Made by a program: the position numbers and the translations under genes
Origin: a bacterium
Lineage (GTDB): Bacteria > UBA8248 > JACPRG01 > G963555815
NCBI GenBank assembly: GCA_965218795.1
Contig: OZ244653.1
Span: forward strand, 4,032,001 to 4,096,000
Reading direction: 5' to 3'
Length of the DNA: 64,000 nt
The notes under the pieces: model-generated
What the model was told of the DNA's origin: nothing
Database searches by the model: none
What the model saw: the letters and a program-made list of their open reading frames with translations, nothing else
Shown: positions 27,371 to 36,364 of the stretch, piece by piece
Layout: every line of letters begins with the position of its first letter
Position numbering within the stretch: the stretch's first letter is position 1

Positions 27371-27568
27371 TTCTCTGATAGATACATGGAATCCAATGGC
27401 TCATCAATTGAGCGGATTGAAGGTTTGCGCGAAGTGGGCAGCCCTTCAGGATAGCGATTGATCATCCCGCGCGTCCCTTCGGCGATAGGGGGCGAAGCCG
27501 CCCTCCTCCCATCCCGCCTGTGACGGCGCGGGTCCCTTGGCTGAGTCAAAATCAATCCTGTCAACGAA

Positions 27569-28591
27569 ATGAGCGAAATACCGATCGAACCCATTCGCTG
27601 CATTCTCGCGGCGGAAATCGGGACCAATCACAACGGCGACCCCGAACGCGCCCGAAGGCTGATGGAAGTTGCCGCCGATTGCGGGTGTGATGCGGTAAAC
27701 TTCCACAAGCGGTCCCCGGACGCGGCATCCGGACAGGAGGCCCTCTGGCGAGCCCACGCCGCATTTCCTGAGCTGGGTTCGAACGCCCGGGAAGTGGTGC
27801 GCCGGTTGGGTTTGGATACGGAGGCGTTTCAGCGACTTCGGAATATGGCCAGGGGCCGCCTCGCATTTTGGGGAACCCCCATGGATATCGACTCCCTGGA
27901 GTTTCTGGATCCGATGGAGGTCGACGGATTTTTCGTTCCCGCGGGTTGCAATACGGACTTTCCGCTCCTCGAAGCGATATGCAGTCGAAATCGGCCAGTG
28001 TATGTTTCCACGGGCGCCTGTGACGCGGAGGAGGTTTCCGAAATCGTCCGTTTGGCCGGGAATTGCGAGTTCTTCCTGTTGCACGGCGTGGCCTGCTTTC
28101 CAACCCAGGCGGAAGAGAGCCAGCTGCAAATGCTCGGCTGGCTGAAGCAATTCGGGATGCCGCTGGGGTATGACGATCACGAGGATGGACATCTGACGGC
28201 TCCCGTGGCGGTGGCCAGAGGGGCGAGGGTCCTTCAAAAGCCTCTCACGTTGGACCGCCGGCTTCCCGGGGCGAATCACGTTTACAGCTGCGAGCCGGAC
28301 CAGTTGAAGCGATGGGTCGAGGCCGTCCGGCGAATCGAACAGGCCTTGTCGGGCGAAGCGGACAAGCGGCTGCTCCCCATAGAGATGGAATCATTCGACG
28401 ATGACCGCAGGGCCGTGGTCGCGGCGGTGGACATCCAGCAGGGATCGGTTCTGACGCGGGAGATGCTTTCTACCAAACCCCCTCTTCGGGGTCTGACCCC
28501 GCGGTTGCTTCCCAGGCTGTTGGGCCGAAAGACCTTGTACGACATCCGCAAGGATGAGCCGATCACCTTTGGTCTGGTAGAGGTGAAATGA
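27569..28591 (+). CDS. NeuB/SpsE-family protein with SAF domain and degenerate active site
   Basis: AEIGTNHNG, VSTG, TLDR and the SAF domain are present, but it reads AVNFH, FVPAG, GYDDH, LQKPLT, GANH and TKPP. Confidence 0.88.
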   Translation: MSEIPIEPIRCILAAEIGTNHNGDPERARRLMEVAADCGCDAVNFHKRSPDAASGQEALWRAHAAFPELGSNAREVVRRLGLDTEAFQRLRNMARGRLAFWGTPMDIDSLEFLDPMEVDGFFVPAGCNTDFPLLEAICSRNRPVYVSTGACDAEEVSEIVRLAGNCEFFLLHGVACFPTQAEESQLQMLGWLKQFGMPLGYDDHEDGHLTAPVAVARGARVLQKPLTLDRRLPGANHVYSCEPDQLKRWVEAVRRIEQALSGEADKRLLPIEMESFDDDRRAVVAAVDIQQGSVLTREMLSTKPPLRGLTPRLLPRLLGRKTLYDIRKDEPITFGLVEVK

Positions 28592-29286
28592 GCGGCCAGC
28601 CTCTGATTTCAATCGTCATCCGGGCCAAGAACGAGTCGGAGTGGCTCCGTCGCTGCCTTACGGCCGCCTCCCTGCAAGACTACCCCCGGCGGGAAATCAT
28701 TGTGGTGGATAACGAGTCGGACGACGGGACGGATGGAATCGCCCGCGATTACGACTGCCGGCTCATCACCATTCGTGAAAAGGAGTTCAGTTACGGGCGA
28801 GCGCTGAATGTGGGCGTTCAGGCATCGAAGGGTGAACTCATGGTCTGTCTGTCCGCGCATTGCGTGCCCGTCCATAACAAGTGGCTGGACCGCATGGTGG
28901 TCAATTTCGATCGACCGCAGGTTGCAGCGGTCTACGGCCGACAGGAACCGCTGCCGGATTCGCATATCTTCGACAAGCGGGATCTTTGGAACACGTTCGG
29001 CCTGGACCGGAAGATTCAGGTCAAGGACTCCTTTTTCCACAACGCCAATGCCATGCTTCGGCGGAGCGTCTGGGAGCGTATCCCCTTTGACGAAGAGCTG
29101 AACGGCGTGGAAGACCGGGACTGGGCCAAGAAGGTCATCGCGTCGGGCTATCACATCGTGTATGAGCCGCAGGCGAGCGTGTATCACCACCATGGCATCC
29201 ACCAGACGATGGATGTCGCGCGGGCGGAGCGGGTCGTTAAGATGATCGAGCTGATCAACGGTCGCGAACCCCTGTTCGATGATTGA
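28588..29286 (+). CDS. Glycosyltransferase family 2
   Basis: ISIVIRAKNE, VVDNESDDGT, LSAH, VYGRQ and VEDRDW motifs. Confidence 0.88.
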   Translation: MSGQPLISIVIRAKNESEWLRRCLTAASLQDYPRREIIVVDNESDDGTDGIARDYDCRLITIREKEFSYGRALNVGVQASKGELMVCLSAHCVPVHNKWLDRMVVNFDRPQVAAVYGRQEPLPDSHIFDKRDLWNTFGLDRKIQVKDSFFHNANAMLRRSVWERIPFDEELNGVEDRDWAKKVIASGYHIVYEPQASVYHHHGIHQTMDVARAERVVKMIELINGREPLFDD

Positions 29287-29416
29287 GGGGAGGCGGACCG
29301 AGCCGACCGCCCCGCCGTCTGCCTTCCATCCCGTTCGTCCCGTCTTTGATGAGACCTTCTCCTTCTCCCATGAATCGACTGCATAAACTTCCTTTTCAGG
29401 GTGCGCGGAGGGAACA

Positions 29417-30175
29417 GTGAGCAAAGGGTCTGTGGTCGCGGTCATTCCCGCTCGAGGCGGGTCGAAAGGTCTCCCGAGAAAAAACCTCCTGCCTTTGGCT
29501 GGTCAACCCCTCATTGCCCACACCATTCAGGCGGCCGTCCGGGCCGAGCGCGTGGAACGGGTCATCGTCACGACGGATGATGAGGAGATCGCGGGGGTAG
29601 CGCGTGAATGGGGAGCCGAAACGCCGTTTCTGAGGCCGGAGAGCTACACCACCCCCTCGGGGATGACCGTCGAGTTGACTTCCGACCTGGCCACGACCGA
29701 AGACACCCTCGCCCATGCCTGCCACTGGTTCGCCGGACACGAAGGCGTGCCCATCGACATTTTGGTTTATCTCCAAACGACCGATGTCTTTCGCCGCCCG
29801 GGTTGGATCGATGAGGTCGTCCGGCGGCTCCAGGAGCATCCGGAGCTTGAGACGGCTTTTGCGGCGTTGAAGACCCACAAGAATTTTTGGCGTGGCGGGG
29901 AGGAAGGTGGCTTCGAGCCGCTGGGCGCATATGCGGGTCACGGCTCCCGCCAAACCAAAAAACCGACGTACCGGGAGGATACCGGCTTGGCCTGCGCCAC
30001 CCGGGCACGCCTACTGATGGAGGACCCGCCGCGACGGGTCGGGAAGGCGGTGGACATCCTCTGGTATGACGACCCCGCCGCCAATATCGACATTCATGAT
30101 GAGTTCGATCTGTGGCTGGCCGAGAAAGTCCTGACCGAATGGAAAGGGGCCGAGGGCTATGACATCGCCCGCTGA
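29417..30175 (+). CDS. Acylneuraminate cytidylyltransferase (NeuA/KdsB family)
   Basis: IPARGGSKGLPRKN, TTDD, PFLRP, SRQ and IDIHDEFD motifs. Confidence 0.92.
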   Translation: MSKGSVVAVIPARGGSKGLPRKNLLPLAGQPLIAHTIQAAVRAERVERVIVTTDDEEIAGVAREWGAETPFLRPESYTTPSGMTVELTSDLATTEDTLAHACHWFAGHEGVPIDILVYLQTTDVFRRPGWIDEVVRRLQEHPELETAFAALKTHKNFWRGGEEGGFEPLGAYAGHGSRQTKKPTYREDTGLACATRARLLMEDPPRRVGKAVDILWYDDPAANIDIHDEFDLWLAEKVLTEWKGAEGYDIAR

Positions 30176-30896
30176 GGATCCCAAGCGGCAGGTGATTGCG
30201 CTCGTGCCCGTTCGCGGAAGGCCGCTCTTCCGCGAATCACTGGGGAAGAAGCCGCTGCTGGTTCACACATTGGACGCGGCAAAGGAAAGCCAACGCGTCG
30301 AGAGAATTCTGGTGACGACCGAGGATCCGGAGATTGCGGATTTGGCGCGCAGGGGAGGCGCCGAAGCGCCATTTCTCCGGCCTCCGGATCTCGCCGAACC
30401 GGGCACTCCGCTGGAACGCGTGCTTCAGCATGCCGTCGCGTGGCTGGAAGACAATGAAGGCCGACCAGTCGATGTGGCCGTCCTTTTGGAGGTCTCGCAC
30501 CCCTTCCGGCCGCCCGGTCTGATCGATCGGATTGTGGACAGCCTTGTGGACCAGGATCTGGATTCCGTGTTCGTGGCGGTCGAGGAAACCGCGAATTTCT
30601 GGTACCAGGACAATCGGGGACTGACACCTATCGGAGAGAGCGGCCACGCTCCCAGGTCGGAACGGAAACCCATCTATCGTGAAATCAGCGGGATGGTTTG
30701 CGCGACGAAGGGCGAGGTGATCAAGCACGGGGACCGGCTGGGGAGGTTCGTGGGCATGGTCCCCATTCGGGGAATGGCGGGGCGGGTGGACGTCCGATCC
30801 CGTCTGGATCTGAAAATCGCCGAGACGCTTCTCCCTGCATGGGAGGCCGCGCTGGAGCGGGAGGCCGATGAAGATCCCTCCCTTGGAGTGCAGTAA
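30159..30896 (+). CDS. Degenerate cytidylyltransferase-like protein
   Basis: KPLL..T, VTTED, APFLRP and HPFR are retained; the ARGGSK..KN loop is replaced by VRGRPLFRES. Confidence 0.82.
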   Translation: MTSPAEDPKRQVIALVPVRGRPLFRESLGKKPLLVHTLDAAKESQRVERILVTTEDPEIADLARRGGAEAPFLRPPDLAEPGTPLERVLQHAVAWLEDNEGRPVDVAVLLEVSHPFRPPGLIDRIVDSLVDQDLDSVFVAVEETANFWYQDNRGLTPIGESGHAPRSERKPIYREISGMVCATKGEVIKHGDRLGRFVGMVPIRGMAGRVDVRSRLDLKIAETLLPAWEAALEREADEDPSLGVQ

Positions 30897-30898
30897 GA

Positions 30899-32266
30899 TT
30901 GAACGTCCACGACCTCAAACGGGAATGCCTGTTCATTCTGAAGGCCTACGCCTACCTGCCCGTTACTTTCTTGCGACGTGTGGTGCTTGGGAAGGACCCC
31001 TATTTTCGGCGGCTCTTCTGGAGCCGGTGGGGATTTCTGCCCAAGGAGCTGAAGAGGCTGGCGCAGAGCCGCCCGACCATCTGGATCGAGGCTCTTTCCG
31101 GTGGAGAAAACACTCAGATCGTTACCTTCGTCAAACGGTTGAGGGGCCTCTTTCCCGACGTCAACCTGATTCTTTCCACCAATAACCGTTATTCCTTTGA
31201 ATTTTCAAGCAAGCGGAAGGATCTGGATTTTGTATTTGACAGCCCGTGGGATCTGAGACACGTTGTCCGGAGGGGACTCCGGACGCTACGGCCCGCGGCG
31301 CTTCTCTTTATCGAAAATTGCAGCTATCCGGTCCTCTGCCGGGAGGCCCGGCGGGCCGGGGTGCGGACCATTCTCCTCAGCGGATTCATGAGCCACGGCT
31401 ACGAGCGGCATGAAATCGTCGCCCGCTCCATTCCCCGGGGCTTCCACCGGTTTCTCGACGACATTGGCGTAAAATCGGAGGCCGACGCGGACGGGTACCG
31501 CCGCCTCGGCGCACCGCCTAGAAAGATCCGGGTGGTCGGTGAGATGAAGTACGATCTGGATTTTCTCTGGCTGTCCGAGGAAGAGCGAAGGACGATGCGG
31601 GCCGATCTAGGGATCCGACCGGATGCCCCCGTTTTCGTCGCGGGGAGCATACGGGCCGGAGAGGACGAGATCATCCTCGAAGCATTCCGTCGCGTGCGGG
31701 AGGAATTCCCGGAATTCCGGCTGCTCATGGCCCCCAGTTATTACGGCAACACAATGAAGATGAAAGATGTTTTCCTCAAGGCCGGATTCGATTATCAGCG
31801 AAAGACCGCCCTGGATGCGGGCGAGCTGCCCAAAGATGCCGTCTTGATTGTCGACACCTTTGGTGAGTTGGCCCGCCTCTATGGTATCGGAACCGTCAAT
31901 TTTATCGGGGCGAGCATCATCCCGAAGGGGAAGCTGGCCTTCGGCCATAACCCCATTGAGCCCTTGATTCACGGACGGCCGCTATTGTTCGGGCCGCACA
32001 TGAATCACTGGGGGGAGATCACGGAAATCCTTCTTGATGCCGACCCGGGCCTTCAGGTTCGGACGGCTGAGGAAATGGCGGGCACGATCCTTCGCCTCTT
32101 GCGGGACCCGAATGCCATGCGGCGGGTCTGCCAAGCCGCGGATCAAGTGGTGGCACCGAATGCCGATGCGGTGGAAACCAACCTCGCGTTCGCAATTGAA
32201 AAAATCGGCGAGGCCGGGATTACGGCTCAGCCGGCCGAAGCGGTTGCCGGGCCTGTCTCTCCATAA
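30899..32266 (+). CDS. WaaA/KdtA-like (GT30) CMP-ulosonate transferase, divergent
   Basis: IWIEALSGGE, PWD, GEMKYD, DTFGEL, GHNPIEP and FGPHM motifs. Confidence 0.85.
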   Translation: MNVHDLKRECLFILKAYAYLPVTFLRRVVLGKDPYFRRLFWSRWGFLPKELKRLAQSRPTIWIEALSGGENTQIVTFVKRLRGLFPDVNLILSTNNRYSFEFSSKRKDLDFVFDSPWDLRHVVRRGLRTLRPAALLFIENCSYPVLCREARRAGVRTILLSGFMSHGYERHEIVARSIPRGFHRFLDDIGVKSEADADGYRRLGAPPRKIRVVGEMKYDLDFLWLSEEERRTMRADLGIRPDAPVFVAGSIRAGEDEIILEAFRRVREEFPEFRLLMAPSYYGNTMKMKDVFLKAGFDYQRKTALDAGELPKDAVLIVDTFGELARLYGIGTVNFIGASIIPKGKLAFGHNPIEPLIHGRPLLFGPHMNHWGEITEILLDADPGLQVRTAEEMAGTILRLLRDPNAMRRVCQAADQVVAPNADAVETNLAFAIEKIGEAGITAQPAEAVAGPVSP

Positions 32267-32328
32267 CGCCCGATGGGCTGACCGCCTGTGGAATGTGACC
32301 CGCTTTTCGAAGAGGGACCAGTAGCGTA

Positions 32329-34299
32329 GTGTGCGGAATCGTCGGAATCTATCATCGGGAAGGCGCGCCAGTGGATGTGGAGGCGTTGGTCCGGATGAAT
32401 GACGCCATCTCCCATCGGGGGCCGGATGGGGAAGGATTCGTCTTCCTGGATCCGTCCGGTGCAGATCCGCCCCAGTTTGAAGCTCGGCCCTCCCCGGCCG
32501 ACACGTCCTTCCGCCCGTTGGGTCTCGCCAACCGCCGTCTCAGCATCATCGATCTTTCAGGACACGGCACCCAGCCCATGTGCAACGAGGACGGGTCGGT
32601 CTGGGTGGTCTTTAACGGCGAGATTTACAACCATGTGGAGCTTGCGGAGCAGCTGAAGACTCGTGGGCATCAATTCCGCAGCCGTTGCGACACCGAGGTG
32701 ATCCTTCATGCCTACGAGGAGTGGGGGGAGGCGTGCCTCGACCGATTCAACGGGATGTGGGGATTCGCCCTGTGGGATGGGCGTTCCAAGAGGCTTTTCT
32801 GCGCGCGGGATCGCTTGGGAATTAAGCCGTTCTATTACTTCGACGACGGCGCGCGCTTCATATTCGCTTCGGAGATCAAGGCTATCCTGCTGCATCCGGA
32901 GATCCCCCGGAAGCCGCATGGTCCCACCATCTATCGGTATCTGGCCACTGGCTCCGGATTAATGGATTTCACGGATGCCACATTTTTCGAAGGAATTTCC
33001 CAGCTTCCGCCCTCGCATTACTTGATCCTTCAAGACGGCCGGATGCAGGTTCGGCGGTATTGGGACATTGAGCGGTCCAAGAACGGCGAGATCCCGAAGA
33101 CGGACGCCGAAGCGGCCGAGCGCTTTCGCGAACTTTTTTCCGATGCCGTCCGGCTTCGCCTGCGCAGCGACGTTCCCTTGGGTGTCTGCCTCAGCGGGGG
33201 ACTCGATTCTTCCTCCATCGCTTGCGTCGCCGCGGAGGAGATTCGGCCGTCCCGGCTCAGAACGTTTTCCTCCTGTTTTGACGATCCCCAATACGACGAG
33301 CGGGACTTCATACAGCCGGTCGTAGAACACACGGGCGCGGAAGCCCACTATGTGTTCCCGCAAGTGGGCGAACTTTTCGATCAGCTCTCTCACATCATCT
33401 GGTTTCAAGATGAGCCCTTTCACAACCTGAATCAATTCGCGCAGTGGTACGTTATGCGCTCGGTCCGCGGGCAGGGCGTCAAGGTGGTCCTCAGCGGCCA
33501 CGGGGGGGATGAACTTCTGAACGGCTACCCGCAGGACTTCGTCTACCACTTCGCCGACCTCCTCGGGGCCGGCAGGTGGAGTTCGCTGGCGAGGGAGCTG
33601 AAGGCTTACCAGTCGGCGGGGTGGGGCGGTGCGGGTTCCGCGATGGTATCGGCCGTCCGGGTCTTGGCCAGCCTGAAAACGCCCGAGGGCTGGAAGCGGT
33701 CGCTCAAACGAAACGGTACCGGGTTCCGCGGAATTCTCCACCCCGACTTCGTCCGGAAGCATACCGCGCCGGAGACCATGGGGCTTCGGGGGGGGGCGGC
33801 CCTGCGGACCTGCTCCTACATGGGCCTGCGAATGTATCCCGTCCCAGGATGGCTTCACTTCGAAGATCGAAATAGCATGGCCTTTTCCGTAGAATCCAGA
33901 ATTCCGTTTCTGGACTATCGTCTCGTAGAGTACGCCTACGGCCTGCCGGGGAATCAAAAGATTCGGGAAGGGCGGACGAAGGTTGTCCTTCGCAACGCGA
34001 TGAAGGGTACCCTGCCGGAGATCATCCGCAACCGAACGGACAAGAAAGGCTTTCTCGCCCCGACCGACCTCTGGATGAAAACAGATATGCGGGAGACCGT
34101 TCAGGACTTGTTCCGTTCAGAATCCTTCCGCTCCAGAAACATTTTCAACCCGGAGGCCGTCCTTCGGGAATACGAGAGGCATTGCCGGGGGGAGCAGAAC
34201 ATCCGGCTGGCGCTCTGGAGCTGGGTGAACCTCGAGCTCTGGATGCGGAGGATGACGGATGGTCCCCTCATCCCGTCTACCGCTCCTGTCGCCGTCTGA
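32329..34299 (+). CDS. asnB: Asparagine synthase-like glutamine amidotransferase (glycan amidation)
   Basis: MCGI, HRGPD, RRLSIID, FNGEIYN, RDRLGIKP, LSGGLDSS and SGHGGDE motifs. Confidence 0.92.
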   Translation: MCGIVGIYHREGAPVDVEALVRMNDAISHRGPDGEGFVFLDPSGADPPQFEARPSPADTSFRPLGLANRRLSIIDLSGHGTQPMCNEDGSVWVVFNGEIYNHVELAEQLKTRGHQFRSRCDTEVILHAYEEWGEACLDRFNGMWGFALWDGRSKRLFCARDRLGIKPFYYFDDGARFIFASEIKAILLHPEIPRKPHGPTIYRYLATGSGLMDFTDATFFEGISQLPPSHYLILQDGRMQVRRYWDIERSKNGEIPKTDAEAAERFRELFSDAVRLRLRSDVPLGVCLSGGLDSSSIACVAAEEIRPSRLRTFSSCFDDPQYDERDFIQPVVEHTGAEAHYVFPQVGELFDQLSHIIWFQDEPFHNLNQFAQWYVMRSVRGQGVKVVLSGHGGDELLNGYPQDFVYHFADLLGAGRWSSLARELKAYQSAGWGGAGSAMVSAVRVLASLKTPEGWKRSLKRNGTGFRGILHPDFVRKHTAPETMGLRGGAALRTCSYMGLRMYPVPGWLHFEDRNSMAFSVESRIPFLDYRLVEYAYGLPGNQKIREGRTKVVLRNAMKGTLPEIIRNRTDKKGFLAPTDLWMKTDMRETVQDLFRSESFRSRNIFNPEAVLREYERHCRGEQNIRLALWSWVNLELWMRRMTDGPLIPSTAPVAV

Positions 34300-34319
34300 G
34301 ACAAAGAATCGATTCGCCA

Positions 34320-35525
34320 ATGTCCGAACAAGGGAAGGATTCGCGGTCGAACGTCCGTCCGGATCGCACTCTCCGCGTCCTTCAGGTCATCGAGTCGCTT
34401 TCGCGAGGCGGGGCGGAGCGGCGGTTGGTCAATGACCTGACGTACCTCGGCGGGTTGGGCGTTGACAGCCGTGTCGTCCACGTCCTCCCCGCGGACGACC
34501 TTCGCGGAGAGGTGGAGGCCCTGGGCTGGGAGGTCGAATGGCTCGGCGTCTTCGGTCCCCGGAACCTTCCCGGAGGGATTGTTCGCCTCAAGCGCTTAAT
34601 CCGATCCTACCGGCCGGACATTGTCCACTCGCAGCTTTTCTTCGCCAATGTGTGCGCGCGCTTGGCCGGACGCTGGGCGGGAGGCGTGCCCGTCATGACC
34701 TCGATTCAGAACACCATGTATGAGCCCGATTGGAAGGGATTTTACGACCAGAGCAAACGGCTCATCCTGGATCGGTTCACGTCCAGGAGGTTTTGCCATC
34801 ACGCCGTCGCCGTCTCCCACCATGCCATGCGATCCGCCGTGCGGCTTCTGGGTTTTCGGCAAGAGCAGGTTACCGTCATCCACAACACGGTGGATACCGC
34901 TCGGTTCGACGCGCCCGATCCGGAGCTACGCAAGGCCGTCCGAGCGGAGCTGGGGGCGGCTCCGGATGAGTTTGTCGCCGTCAGCGCGGCCCGTTTCGTG
35001 CCGCAGAAAGGGTTTCACGTCATGGCGATGGCCATGCCATCTCTGATACGGGAGGTCCCCGGTGCACGGCTGTTCTTGGCGGGGGGAGGGGAGGAGGAGC
35101 CGCGTTTACGCGGTCTTTGCCGCGAACTGGGACTGGGCGATCGCGTCCAGTTTCTGGGCGTTCGAGACGACCTGCACCGCGTTTTCCAGGGGATGGATGC
35201 CTTCATCTTCGCCCCACTCGCTTCGGAGGGATTTCCGTTGGTCCTGCTGGAGGCGATGGCCTTGAGCGTCCCAGTCGTGGCTAGCCGAATCGAGCCGATG
35301 GGAGAGATGATTCACCACGGAAAAAGCGGCCTGCTCTTCTCTCCCGGCGACCCGGACGATCTAGCAGCCTCTCTGGCCGAACTTGCGAAGGATGGGGGCC
35401 GGAGGAAGCAGATCGCCGAGGCTGGCCGCAGACGGGCCCACGGCGAATTCAATGCGGGAAGAGGCGCTTGTCGTCTGGCGGAATGCTACCGGATAGTAGC
35501 GGATCGGCACGGAAAACGGGTTTGA
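34320..35525 (+). CDS. Glycosyltransferase family 4
   Basis: GGAER, RF..QKG and EGFPLVLLEAMA motifs. Confidence 0.92.
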   Translation: MSEQGKDSRSNVRPDRTLRVLQVIESLSRGGAERRLVNDLTYLGGLGVDSRVVHVLPADDLRGEVEALGWEVEWLGVFGPRNLPGGIVRLKRLIRSYRPDIVHSQLFFANVCARLAGRWAGGVPVMTSIQNTMYEPDWKGFYDQSKRLILDRFTSRRFCHHAVAVSHHAMRSAVRLLGFRQEQVTVIHNTVDTARFDAPDPELRKAVRAELGAAPDEFVAVSAARFVPQKGFHVMAMAMPSLIREVPGARLFLAGGGEEEPRLRGLCRELGLGDRVQFLGVRDDLHRVFQGMDAFIFAPLASEGFPLVLLEAMALSVPVVASRIEPMGEMIHHGKSGLLFSPGDPDDLAASLAELAKDGGRRKQIAEAGRRRAHGEFNAGRGACRLAECYRIVADRHGKRV

Positions 35526-35671
35526 GACTGCGATAAGCGGTCATCACGCCGCTTGACGGCTCAACGGGTTGTGTCGGGTTTGATTGAACGGTTGTGCAAT
35601 CGGCGCCGGTCCGGGAGATTGCAATCTGTTATCCTGGTCGGGCCGGCCCAAATGTTTCTTGTGAGAGGGTC

Positions 35672-36355
35672 ATGAAGCTCTCCATCGTAATGCCCGTATA
35701 CAATGAACGCCGGACGATCGAGGAGATCCTTCTGCAGGTCCGGTCCCTGGATTTCGAAAAGGAGATCATCGTCGTAGACGATTGCTCCACCGACGGAACT
35801 CGCGAATGGTTGACTGAGCAAGACGGGCAGGGGATTCGGGTATTGTTCCACGATCGAAACCGGGGCAAAGGCGCCGCGTTGCGGACGGGATTCGCCGAGG
35901 CGACGGGCGATGTCGTGGTTCCCCAGGATGCGGACCTGGAATACGATCCCCAGGACCTCAAGCGCCTACTCGTCCCGTTCGAGCGGGGAGTGGCAGACGC
36001 GGTGTATGGATCCCGGCTGATCGGTGGCGCGCCCCAGCGTGTGCACCTGTTCTGGCACCGGCTGGGGAACAATTTCCTCTCCTTTTTGACCAACCTGATG
36101 TACAACTCCACCCTCAGCGACATGGAAACCTGTTACAAGATGATCCGGGCCGACGTCCTGAAGGGCTTGAGCCTAACTTCCGAAGGGTTCTCCATCGAGC
36201 CGGAGATCACGGCGAAGATCCTCAAACAGAAGCTGCGGGTCTACGAGATACCCATCGCCTATTACGGCCGGACCTATGAGGAAGGCAAGAAGATCACCTG
36301 GAGGCACGGCTTCGGGGCGGTTTGGACGTTGTTCAAATACCGGTTTTCCATTTGA
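35672..36355 (+). CDS. DPM1-like GT2 (polyprenol-phosphate glycosyltransferase)
   Basis: PVYNE, VDDCSTDGT, NRGKGAA, QDADLEYDP, DMETCYK and EGKKITW motifs. Confidence 0.93.
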   Translation: MKLSIVMPVYNERRTIEEILLQVRSLDFEKEIIVVDDCSTDGTREWLTEQDGQGIRVLFHDRNRGKGAALRTGFAEATGDVVVPQDADLEYDPQDLKRLLVPFERGVADAVYGSRLIGGAPQRVHLFWHRLGNNFLSFLTNLMYNSTLSDMETCYKMIRADVLKGLSLTSEGFSIEPEITAKILKQKLRVYEIPIAYYGRTYEEGKKITWRHGFGAVWTLFKYRFSI

Positions 36356-36364
36356 GGGAACGAG

